Assembly (NCBI RefSeq): GCF_016806735.1
Contig: NZ_CP060530.1
Coordinates: forward strand, 120,001-152,000
Length of the DNA: 32,000 nucleotides
From: Candidatus Micrarchaeum sp.
Lineage (GTDB): Archaea; Micrarchaeota; Micrarchaeia; Micrarchaeales; Micrarchaeaceae
Direction of reading: 5' to 3'
Shown here: positions 7,336 through 15,614 of the stretch, piece after piece
Position numbering within the stretch: position 1 is the stretch's first letter
Layout: each line of letters begins with the position of its first letter
Position numbers and translations under genes: made by a program
The notes under the pieces: generated by a model
Database searches by the model: none
Told to the model about the DNA's origin: nothing
The model's input: the letters and a program-made list of their open reading frames with translations, nothing else

Positions 7336-9138
7336 TTATTGTCTTTTATTTATTTGTTTTGGGTTTTTCGTCGTATAAATGTTCCCTTCCTTCCCCAATA
7401 AGCCTTTTCTGAGCAGTTCATTTACGTGCCATTGCGCCCTGGCGTAAGTGACTTTGGTGTTTTCCCCAAGCTTTTCGGCTATTTCGTATAGCTTGACTCC
7501 CTCCTTAGCAACATCCAGTATTGTTCCTGCAAATTCGGAATTTTTCACAATCCTGTGCCTATTTTCGGAAAGATATCTGAAATGGGCGGAACAGTCCTCA
7601 ATTAACCTGCTGCCTCTAGCATACTCCTGCAATCCGAGCGAGTATCTGTCGTCACTGTGCAGAGCTGCCTCAAGCCTGTCTAAAGGCCCTACATCAACGC
7701 TATCCATAGAACTTGCTTTCATTGCAATATCATATAGCCATGATAACAATCCATCCCATATGCTAATGGTATTCCCGTTCGCCTTTACCGTGGATCTTTT
7801 CGTATTCCACTCTGCTTTGCGTTCAAGCACGCCCGCCTTTGAAAGCATTACCAAGTATTTCGAAGAAAAGTCGAGGTCGCTTCCCGAAGCCCTAGATACA
7901 TCAAATCTATTAATATTTTTATTCAGGTTTTCGTTTGCGAATCCTATGGCTTTTCCCAACTTAAAGCATTTCTCTGGCCTTTTCACGAAACCCATTCTGT
8001 GCAATTCTTCAAGGCTTGTCGTCCTTAATACTTTATAATCCAGCTTGCCTTCGGATCCGCCCGTGCTTGAAAAGGATTCATAATCCAAAAGCCCGAGCAA
8101 TTTGAACAATCGGACTTCATGCCTTACGCTGTCGCTATCCATTATTTCCCTGATCTCATGGAGCGCAAAACCCCTGTCCTTGTTTTCGGCAAGCAGTTTC
8201 ATCAGGCCGAAAAGGTTTTGCGAATGCGTCCTGATCATTTTCTGGGCTACGGATACAGAGAAAACATCCGAGAGCCTCAATCCTGCCTGTTCCAATTTTT
8301 CTCTGGATGCTTTTATCGCATGTGCCGCAATGACGTCGAAGGCTCCATACTGCGGGCTTTTGGAGTAAACCCTTGTTTCTTTCTTATGAATCTCAATTTT
8401 CTTTTCTTGGAGCGCTCCTATGGACACTAGGCCTTCCATTATCGATCCAAAGTTTACGTGGTTTTCCAGTTCTTCCGGACCAGACCCAAATCTATTTGCC
8501 ATAGCTTTAAGGATTCCTGAAACGGTATACTCTTTCCCTGGCTCCATCGCAAGATAAGCTAGAGGCTTTATGTCAGGGCTAAGCATTGTGGCAAAAATGG
8601 AAAGGTAATCGTATAAATCACCTTCTATGGCGCGTTTTTCCTTTTCCGATTTTACGTACTTTTCAAGATCCCTTTTCATCGAAGAATACCATTCCTCATT
8701 AAAAGAGAATTCTGGATTCGGTAAATTATTGTTGTCGGAATTTTTCAAATCCTCTACGGAAATGAAATCAAAAAGATTCTTGTAAACGGCTTCGGGAGCC
8801 TGCAGGCTCCTTGTTTTTTCGTAAGCCTTTTCAATAAGCCTGTCCAAATCGTCGTTACTAAGAATCCATCGATTCAAAGTCCATTCCTTCCCTGCATACT
8901 TGCCTTCTGTAATCCTTTCCTCGGTCTGACTGGTTTTGAGAATCCCTATGTCTTCCATCTGGTAAAATACGTCCCTGTCGTATCTCATCAGCATATTGTC
9001 TATAATCTCCTCTTCGTAGCCGAAGAATGACAGGAGATAGTCAGCCAGATCTGCAGCATCCTTTGGATCCATTTCCAAATTTCTTAAAAAGTAGCCGGCC
9101 TTTATTGCCAAGCCCAGCTTCTTTCTGTAATCATCCAT
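7336..9138 (-). CDS. hypothetical ~600-aa cytoplasmic protein with several winged-helix-like segments
   Basis: Long uninterrupted ORF. The track start (9150) is a TTG, and the first ATG is at 9138 (MDDYRKK..). A TATA-like cataaatatatgg lies 30-40 nt upstream on the minus strand. The C-terminus GVKLYEIAEKLGENTKVTYARAQWHVNELLRKGLLGKEGN looks like a wHTH. Similar helix-turn-helix-like stretches occur internally. I recognise no catalytic motif. Confidence 0.6.
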   Translation of the reverse strand: MDDYRKKLGLAIKAGYFLRNLEMDPKDAADLADYLLSFFGYEEEIIDNMLMRYDRDVFYQMEDIGILKTSQTEERITEGKYAGKEWTLNRWILSNDDLDRLIEKAYEKTRSLQAPEAVYKNLFDFISVEDLKNSDNNNLPNPEFSFNEEWYSSMKRDLEKYVKSEKEKRAIEGDLYDYLSIFATMLSPDIKPLAYLAMEPGKEYTVSGILKAMANRFGSGPEELENHVNFGSIMEGLVSIGALQEKKIEIHKKETRVYSKSPQYGAFDVIAAHAIKASREKLEQAGLRLSDVFSVSVAQKMIRTHSQNLFGLMKLLAENKDRGFALHEIREIMDSDSVRHEVRLFKLLGLLDYESFSSTGGSEGKLDYKVLRTTSLEELHRMGFVKRPEKCFKLGKAIGFANENLNKNINRFDVSRASGSDLDFSSKYLVMLSKAGVLERKAEWNTKRSTVKANGNTISIWDGLLSWLYDIAMKASSMDSVDVGPLDRLEAALHSDDRYSLGLQEYARGSRLIEDCSAHFRYLSENRHRIVKNSEFAGTILDVAKEGVKLYEIAEKLGENTKVTYARAQWHVNELLRKGLLGKEGNIYTTKNPKQINKRQ

Positions 9139-9304
9139 GCAAAGACACAAAATCGCTCTATAAGACCATATATTTATGCCTTACAGTAAAGCTTGCTTAA
9201 AACCTGCCATCTATGGCATGAGGGCTTAGATGGCGCTTCCCTTAAAAACGAGACAAAGGTTAGTTATATAAATCTTGTTTAAGCTATATAAAATGGTGTA
9301 TAAA

Positions 9305-9955
9305 ATGCGCGCTCAAATGCCAAAATACTTAGCTGTATCCTTAGTTATGCTTTTTTCCATAACTTTGATATCGTTTGCGTCTTCTCCTACTGGAGTCGCA
9401 TTTCCAAAGGTCAATCCAAGCCACGTTTTCTTGTATCTAAATTCTACCGATTATATCAACTACTCCATAACCGTCTATAACGGCACGGCAAGCAACGTGA
9501 CTGTTGGCACAAGCCCAGCTCTTGCTCCATACGGAATAAACATAGGATTCATACCAAATTCCGGGCTTCCTCCTTACAGCGGAAAAATACGATTCCAGGT
9601 TAACGCCAATGCGACTCCCGGAAACTATACTGCATATCTGGCAACGAGCCCATCAATGTCCAATACCCACGGTGTGGCTGCAATATATATAGTTGTCTAT
9701 AATAGGACTGTCCCAACTACTTCGACATCAACCATACCGACAACTACTACAATAAGCCCCTCAAATACGGTAACCACCGCGCCTACAACCGCTCCGACTA
9801 CCGTCACTCCAACGACTACGACACTACCAAGCACAACAGTGCCACCTACAACAACTCTCGGCCCCAACACTATAGAATATTTGGTTGCGGCTATAGTGGT
9901 CATAATAATAATAGCAGTGATAGTGTACCTGGCTGTGAGAAGAAGGAGATGGTGA
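9305..9955 (+). CDS. membrane-anchored surface protein with Thr/Pro-rich stalk
   Basis: From ATG 9305 the protein starts MRAQMPKYLAVSLVMLFSITLISFASS, which is signal-peptide-like. An Ig-like beta-rich domain with sequons follows, then a T/P-rich linker (TTSTSTIPTTTTISPSNTVTTAPTTAPTTVTPTTTTLPSTTVPPTTT). A C-terminal TM helix ends RRRRW. The track start (TTG 9275) and ATG 9293 lie on or next to TATA-like elements (ttatataaa, ctatataaaa). Confidence 0.6.
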   Translation: MRAQMPKYLAVSLVMLFSITLISFASSPTGVAFPKVNPSHVFLYLNSTDYINYSITVYNGTASNVTVGTSPALAPYGINIGFIPNSGLPPYSGKIRFQVNANATPGNYTAYLATSPSMSNTHGVAAIYIVVYNRTVPTTSTSTIPTTTTISPSNTVTTAPTTAPTTVTPTTTTLPSTTVPPTTTLGPNTIEYLVAAIVVIIIIAVIVYLAVRRRRW

Positions 9956-9991
9956 AAAGCTCACGGCTTATAAATGAAACGGAGGCAACAC

Positions 9992-11146
9992 TTATTCAGA
10001 ATAAAGGGTGCCTATAAGCTCCATAAGGGCTTCTGAATAAGGGTTTTCCGGTATTATATCCCTGCTATTTAGGAGTGCATTTACGGCACTCTTTTCGTAT
10101 TCTTTTCTTATATTTCTCGCATATCCTATCGAGCCTGTTTTCTCAATAAGGCCCAATATGTAATTTATGTCGCTCTCGTCCTTGTTCGAAGGCTTTTTCG
10201 AATATATGGATTCCATTATTTCCCTTTCTCCGGGCCCCGAATTTTTATAAGTGTTTATTGCTATCAACGTGGCTTTGCCCTGCCTTATGTCTTCGTACTG
10301 GCCCTTACCGGCAACCTTTCCCTCTACATCCTTTATGTCGTCATTTATTTGGAAGGCTATGCCTGCAGGCAGCCCTATGCTCTCAAGAACTTGGAGCTCT
10401 ACAAGCCCGGATCCGCCTATGAGCGCACCTATCTGCAGGGGCCCGTATACGCTGTATGCCGAGGTTTTGTCAGCCGCTATGCTTATGTAAATCTCTTCCG
10501 TGGCTTCAATGGCGTTTCTTCCGGAGTAATATATATCCTTATCCTGTCCTATGGAAGTTATGTTGCCTATCTCCCTAAATTTTTTATATATGGCGTCCCC
10601 GTTTTTCTGTTTTGATACCCTGTAAAGCAGTCCCTCTACCGCGGAATGCAGCATGTCGCCAGCGTTTATCGCCCTGCTGGTCCCATATTCTGTCTGTATT
10701 GTTTTCCTTCCTCTTCTCAGCAGGCTTCCGTCCTCTATATCGTCATGAACAAGCGCAAAATCCTCAAAAAGCTGTATGGCTGCTGCTGGCAGTATGCAAT
10801 CCTTATAATCGGCTCCTGCAGCCATTGCAGAAAGCATCATTATAGAAGCTCTGGAGTACTTGCCCATGGAATCGGGATAGTACCTTAGCATATCCATCAA
10901 TCCGGGTGCCTCGATTATGTCTCTTGATTGCGATACAAAAATGCTTTTGATTGCTTTTATTATCTCGGAATGCACATCACCCTTCATCCTCGAGATCATG
11001 CTCATTACTTCCTGATCGCGCTCCCTTCTAATTTCCACGGTTGCCATTGGCTTCACTTTTGGATTCTTTAATGCATATTTTGCTATGCATCTCTTGGCCG
11101 TTTTTGAAAGAAGCAATCGCTGCTTTCTGGCCATTCTTGCCTTCAT
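9992..11146 (-). CDS. idsA: polyprenyl (geranylgeranyl) diphosphate synthase, short-chain archaeal type
   Basis: The first Asp-rich motif is FALVHDDIEDG, with Phe at position -5. The second is FQINDDIKDV. The 5' end is uncertain: the first ~47 residues are a basic extension, and internal ATGs at 11005 and 10999 would give a canonical length. Confidence 0.85.
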   Translation of the reverse strand: MKARMARKQRLLLSKTAKRCIAKYALKNPKVKPMATVEIRRERDQEVMSMISRMKGDVHSEIIKAIKSIFVSQSRDIIEAPGLMDMLRYYPDSMGKYSRASIMMLSAMAAGADYKDCILPAAAIQLFEDFALVHDDIEDGSLLRRGRKTIQTEYGTSRAINAGDMLHSAVEGLLYRVSKQKNGDAIYKKFREIGNITSIGQDKDIYYSGRNAIEATEEIYISIAADKTSAYSVYGPLQIGALIGGSGLVELQVLESIGLPAGIAFQINDDIKDVEGKVAGKGQYEDIRQGKATLIAINTYKNSGPGEREIMESIYSKKPSNKDESDINYILGLIEKTGSIGYARNIRKEYEKSAVNALLNSRDIIPENPYSEALMELIGTLYSE

Positions 11147-11226
11147 TTACCAGTTCTACTTTCCAGGCAAATTCCGGCGCATTCAACCTCTGTAGCGAAT
11201 GCTGCAATAAACCTTCATATGCTATC

Positions 11227-12024
11227 CTAATATAAAATCTTTTCCTTCTTGAAATCCTTCACGCTTATATAGAAAATCACAGTATCAACTATGCACAATG
11301 CTGCTATTACGTATGCGAAGAAAGCCACGTCGAGGTTCGCTATCCCAAGTATCGAAATGAACGGTATAAGCAGTATGGGAAGAACCAATAACGTGCTGAT
11401 TTGCTGTGCCTCTTTTATGCCTCTGACGTGTGCAGACACAAAAACCACTACCGCTATGGCTGCGAGGGCTAAGAGCGGAGCGGATGCCAGCATCATAAGC
11501 CATGTTGGTGTAGGGAGCACTGCGGTGCTGAACTCGCGTATTGACAGGAAATTAACCGTAGCTCCGTATATGCCGAAAACGGCAAGCGTTAGCAGTATCG
11601 TGGGTATCAGCGAAGCAAGTATCTTTCCCAAAAGCAATTCGCCGTTGGTTATCGGCGCCGCGAGCAAATTCTCCGAAGTTTTGCGTTCCTTCTCTCCGGC
11701 GAAGCTGTCCGCCGCTATGACGGAAGCTGTGAATATGGGTATCGTCAAGAATATGGGCCCGAGGACGTTTATGGCGAAAAAGTACATGAACGAAAGGCTG
11801 TCGACCTGCGATTTTGCCACATTGGCTATGGGCGTTATAGCTATTCTAGAGGCAATGCTCGGAGCAGCATGCAGGGCCACGTACACTGTCAGGAACGGCA
11901 GTGCAACCGCGAAGAAAAGCGGGACCCCTATCATCGGCCCATAAATCGACACGCTGCTGAAAACCTCGCGTATGTCCTTAATGGCTATAGCCATTGGCTT
12001 ACTCCTCGTCATTGTCACCTGCAT
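11227..12024 (-). CDS. ABC-2 type transporter permease
   Basis: 265-aa ORF with six hydrophobic segments, immediately downstream of the ABC ATPase. It overlaps the ATPase gene by 26 nt at the track start. An internal ATG at 11994 would remove the overlap. Confidence 0.7.
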   Translation of the reverse strand: MQVTMTRSKPMAIAIKDIREVFSSVSIYGPMIGVPLFFAVALPFLTVYVALHAAPSIASRIAITPIANVAKSQVDSLSFMYFFAINVLGPIFLTIPIFTASVIAADSFAGEKERKTSENLLAAPITNGELLLGKILASLIPTILLTLAVFGIYGATVNFLSIREFSTAVLPTPTWLMMLASAPLLALAAIAVVVFVSAHVRGIKEAQQISTLLVLPILLIPFISILGIANLDVAFFAYVIAALCIVDTVIFYISVKDFKKEKILY

Positions 12025-12910
12025 AAAGCTTTTCTATCATGGGCTCCGCATAATCGACGCTGGCTATGTAAGCCCCGTTTTTGATGAGCCTTTCGATCAC
12101 TTCGTTTATGTCCCTGTAATCGCGTATCCTTGCCTTCACTATGTTGCCGTTTTCAATTATCACGTTTTTCCCCAGCTTGCTGCGAATCTCCTGCCTTATT
12201 GGCCTTGCGAGCCTTATGCTCACTGTTATGCCGCTAAGTACCTCATTGTAAAGCCCGCGCGTATCCGTATCCTTGATTATTCTGCCATTCCTTATCACGC
12301 ATATGCGCGAATTGAACCTTGTTGCCTCGTCGACCCTCTGCGTCACAAAAACCACGCATTTTCCGGCTTTTGCCAAATCGGATAAAGCTTCCCTTACCTG
12401 CGCGGAACTGCTCGCGTCCAGAAACGCTGTCGGCTCATCCAGCAGTATTACGTCCGGATCGTTAACCAAAGCCTTGCAGAAAAGCATCTTTTGCTTCGTG
12501 CCCCTGCTAAGCTGCCCGACTTTTGTGTTTATGTAGCTGTCAGCATCTAGCATTTTGAGCGTCTCCATGGCCTTTGATATGGCCGTATCGTCGTTCACGC
12601 CATAGAGCCTTGAGAAGAAAAGTATGTTGTCCCTTACACTTAAGAAATCGTAAAGCCCGTAGTTGTCAGGCATGAAAGAGATTCTTTTCCTGATTCCCGC
12701 ATCCGAATACGGGTCCTTTCCCAGCACCTTTACGCGGCCTTCATCGGGCTTGTAGAGCCCTGCCATGCACCTCAGAAGCGTGCTCTTTCCCGCTCCGTTC
12801 GGCCCCAGGATCAGCGTTATGCCCTTTCCAAGCTCCAAGCTTATGTCCTTGAGGGCATATTCATTTCCAAATCTCTTTCCTATGCCGTTTATGCTTATGG
12901 CGTATTTCAA
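11999..12910 (-). CDS. ABC transporter ATP-binding protein
   Basis: Walker A is GPNGAGKST, the signature motif is LSRGTKQK and Walker B is ILLDEP. A C-terminal ~80-aa accessory domain is present. Confidence 0.9.
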   Translation of the reverse strand: MKYAISINGIGKRFGNEYALKDISLELGKGITLILGPNGAGKSTLLRCMAGLYKPDEGRVKVLGKDPYSDAGIRKRISFMPDNYGLYDFLSVRDNILFFSRLYGVNDDTAISKAMETLKMLDADSYINTKVGQLSRGTKQKMLFCKALVNDPDVILLDEPTAFLDASSSAQVREALSDLAKAGKCVVFVTQRVDEATRFNSRICVIRNGRIIKDTDTRGLYNEVLSGITVSIRLARPIRQEIRSKLGKNVIIENGNIVKARIRDYRDINEVIERLIKNGAYIASVDYAEPMIEKLYAGDNDEE

Positions 12911-12911
12911 C

Positions 12912-13796
12912 TCAATCCCCTATGAGCCTTGACAACGCATCCGCTGTTTCGCGCGATATGTCTACAATCTCGCATCTCCTGCTGCCCGTGCTGTTAGATC
13001 CGAAAATTTTGCTTGCCCCTGCCCCGATTATTTTTTCATAGGCCCCATCTACAAGCAGCATGTGCGCAGCTGCTACGCCCACGCTCGCAGCTCCCTTTGA
13101 AATGGCCTCGCTTACAGCCTGTGCTGCCGTTCCTCCCGTGCTTATCATGTCATCAAGTACAAGGGCTTTCATTCCGTTCATCTTTTCCAGCCCTTTTCCC
13201 ATGCTGATGCTGCCATCAACTCTGCTGCGCTTCTTTTCTATGTAATCCCATCCAACGCCAAGACCATCGGCAATCTTTTTCACGCGCTCGGAACTGCCGT
13301 AATCTGGCGCTATAAGCTTCTCGGCTCCGGTTCTCCTTACGGCTTCCCCAGCAACGCTTCCCAAAACTTCTATAGGCATAGACCTTCCCCTGAAATACGA
13401 AAGCTCTTCATTCTTGTGCGGTTCTATGACTGCAAGCCTGGATATGCCTGCATCATGCAGCGCCCTGAGCGCAACCTTGGCGCTTATGGGTTCGCCGGGA
13501 CCGAACGCATGGTCCTGCCTTGCATAGGCCATATACGTTATGAGCCCGTATACGTTGCCGGCCCCTGCATTTACTGCAGCATCTGCAGCCATGAGCATCT
13601 CAAACAGGCGCTTGTCCTGGTTCATATCCATGCTCTGCACAAGCAGTATGTCCTCCCCTTTCATTTCCCTGTCGAGCCTGAGATAGGACTCACCGTCAGG
13701 AAACGTCTTTGAAAAGAATCTGCAGTAGTCGGATCCCAAAACTTCTGCAATTCCTTTCCCTATTCCGTAATCTGCGGTGACTCCAGCAACAATCAT
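12912..13796 (-). CDS. prs: ribose-phosphate pyrophosphokinase (PRPP synthase)
   Basis: Motifs are FPDGESYLRL, YMAYARQD and the PRPP-binding loop VLDDMISTGGT. The stop is 1 nt from the ABC ATPase start. Confidence 0.9.
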   Translation of the reverse strand: MIVAGVTADYGIGKGIAEVLGSDYCRFFSKTFPDGESYLRLDREMKGEDILLVQSMDMNQDKRLFEMLMAADAAVNAGAGNVYGLITYMAYARQDHAFGPGEPISAKVALRALHDAGISRLAVIEPHKNEELSYFRGRSMPIEVLGSVAGEAVRRTGAEKLIAPDYGSSERVKKIADGLGVGWDYIEKKRSRVDGSISMGKGLEKMNGMKALVLDDMISTGGTAAQAVSEAISKGAASVGVAAAHMLLVDGAYEKIIGAGASKIFGSNSTGSRRCEIVDISRETADALSRLIGD

Positions 13797-13981
13797 TCTA
13801 CCAGAGCTATTTTCCTTCCAAACAATTAATATCCATAATGTTATGCCAGCATGTGCTGACTAATACGAATGCTTTCCTGCCCTTACAGAAGGGGTTAAAT
13901 ATTTTTTGCAACAAATCTAATTGCTACGACATTAAAGCACTATGGTGCCCGCTTGATGCCTTGCTAATCTTTGGTGATTCA

Positions 13982-14725
13982 TTGTTCGAAATAAAGATAG
14001 ACGACGCTAAGTATTGGAAGAATTGCATTGACTCCATAGTTAACCTTATAGACGAGGGAACGTTCTCGATATCCAAGGAGGGCATAACGCTTCGCGCAAT
14101 GGACCCAAGCGGCATAAGCATGATCTCGTTCTTCATACCGAACAAGGCGTTTTCCAAGTATGAGGTAGAGAAGCAGTCGTCGATAGGCCTAAATATTGAC
14201 AACCTGAGCAAGATACTCGCGAGCGCAAGGCCCGGAGAGCAGCTGCTAATGAAGGATTCAAACAACAAGTTTGCAATAGAATTCATAGGCGAGAAGAGCA
14301 AGAGGCGCTACAGGCTGCCCATGATAGAAGTGAAAAAGGACGTAGAGAAGGAGCCAAAGGTGGAATTCGAGTCCAAGGTCGAAGTGAAAAGCGACTCCTT
14401 CAAGGACATACTTGGTGATGCGAACCTGCTTTCTACTTACATAGGCTTCAAGGCGGACAAGGACTCCTTCGTGGTGTCAGCCAAGGGAGATGCCGGAGAG
14501 CTTGAAGAGGAGCACATGAACGCAGCTGAGGTCATAAAGAAGATAGAGTCCGAGAAGCCCGCATCCGCGACTTTCAACCTGGACTATCTGGGAAGAATAG
14601 TCAAGGCATGCCCGTCAAGCTCGTACATAAACCTTTCGATAAAGACCGACGAGCCGATAAAGGTCGACTACAAGATAGGCGACGCTGAGGTAGCGTACTA
14701 CCTGGCTCCTTACATGGAAAGCTAA
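13982..14725 (+). CDS. pcn: DNA polymerase sliding clamp (PCNA)
   Basis: FEIKIDDAKYWKNCIDSIVNLIDEGTFSISKEGITLRAMDPSGISMISFFIP matches the archaeal PCNA N-terminus. The track ORF begins at 13838 and adds ~48 non-homologous residues. An in-frame TTG at 13982, preceded by GGTGAT 9 nt upstream, gives a canonical 247 aa. Confidence 0.9.
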   Translation: MFEIKIDDAKYWKNCIDSIVNLIDEGTFSISKEGITLRAMDPSGISMISFFIPNKAFSKYEVEKQSSIGLNIDNLSKILASARPGEQLLMKDSNNKFAIEFIGEKSKRRYRLPMIEVKKDVEKEPKVEFESKVEVKSDSFKDILGDANLLSTYIGFKADKDSFVVSAKGDAGELEEEHMNAAEVIKKIESEKPASATFNLDYLGRIVKACPSSSYINLSIKTDEPIKVDYKIGDAEVAYYLAPYMES

Positions 14726-14728
14726 GTG

Positions 14729-14735
14729 TTTTTTT
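14729..14735 (+). terminator. oligo-T tract directly after PCNA
   Basis: T7 starts 4 nt after the PCNA TAA (14723-14725). It overlaps the TTG start of the next gene, so termination is probably partial (read-through operon). Confidence 0.35.
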
Positions 14736-15612
14736 GAATAAATTCAGGAGGAATCTTGCGGCAGGGATAGCAATACTCGTTTTCGGGGTTGTCCTAGTAC
14801 ATGCGCTGCTCGCCTACCGCGTAGTCCCAGATTCATACTCCATGTACTTCAACGTGGCGCTTACTGTAATATTCAGCATAATAATAATAGAGCTAGTAGC
14901 CAGGGGCATGCGCCTCATAGGCAGCAAAACGCTTAAGGAGGAAGGCTCCGCCATTGCAGACCTGTTCAGGGTCATAGCCTATACTATAGTTGCAATCACC
15001 GTCCTCTACGAGCTCAAGGTCAACGTGACTGGCTTATTGGTCGGGGCAGGATTTCTGGGCATAGTTCTGGGCCTCGCGGCGCAGAACACTCTTGGAAACA
15101 TACTTGCTGGATTCGAGATAATGGCCACAAAGCCTTTCAAGATCGGCGATACGGTAAAGGTGTCAACGTGGCAGTACGGCAACATAGCCTCGACATGGCC
15201 CCACGGCCTCATAGTTCCCGGTTTCGAAGGCAAGGTAGAAAAGGTGGGCCTGGTCTACGCATCGCTTTTGGGTCCGGACAACATAAGGACATATATACCG
15301 AACGGGATACTTATACAGGCGCTCGTCATAAATTATGAAAGAAGCGAAACCATGCATATCGAGCAGCGTGTCGAGCTCCTTCTTGCGAAAAGCTTTGATG
15401 ACTTCAAGTCAAAGATGAACAAAAGCGTCAAATCGCTGCCGCAATCGGTGCGCAGGCAGATTTCGTCGTTCGACATTGAGATTACTGACATAAACAGCAC
15501 GTTTTACGGGGTAAGCCTTAAAGCCGAGGTCCCGGTAAGACAGTATTCCGAGATATCAAAAATCATAAAGGAGAAATCTCTCGAAGTGCTCTCTTCTACA
15601 AAACAGGTGTGA
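14734..15612 (+). CDS. small-conductance mechanosensitive channel (MscS family)
   Basis: Three N-terminal TM segments are followed by the pore-helix signature LLVGAGFLGIVLGLAAQNTLGNILAGFEIMATKPFKIGDTVKV and a beta-domain. The start is a TTG. The next in-frame ATG would delete TM1. Confidence 0.85.
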   Translation: MNKFRRNLAAGIAILVFGVVLVHALLAYRVVPDSYSMYFNVALTVIFSIIIIELVARGMRLIGSKTLKEEGSAIADLFRVIAYTIVAITVLYELKVNVTGLLVGAGFLGIVLGLAAQNTLGNILAGFEIMATKPFKIGDTVKVSTWQYGNIASTWPHGLIVPGFEGKVEKVGLVYASLLGPDNIRTYIPNGILIQALVINYERSETMHIEQRVELLLAKSFDDFKSKMNKSVKSLPQSVRRQISSFDIEITDINSTFYGVSLKAEVPVRQYSEISKIIKEKSLEVLSSTKQV

Positions 15613-15614
15613 CA

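Noticed and set aside
7336-9150. Possible lower G+C island (horizontal acquisition) around the 600-aa gene.
   Set aside because: Spot counts of individual 60-nt lines ranged from about 35% to 52% G+C, which is not clearly different from the neighbours. A sliding-window GC and codon-usage computation is needed before making any claim.
9709-9870. Repetitive ACx/CCx-rich DNA that looks like a tandem repeat or VNTR.
   Set aside because: It is in frame inside the surface-protein ORF and encodes a Thr/Pro-rich stalk. I could define no exact repeat unit, so I treat it as low-complexity coding sequence and not as a repeat element.
13838-13981. 5' extension of the PCNA ORF.
   Set aside because: The extension has no similarity to PCNA. 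The in-frame TTG at 13982 with a GGTGAT RBS gives the canonical length.
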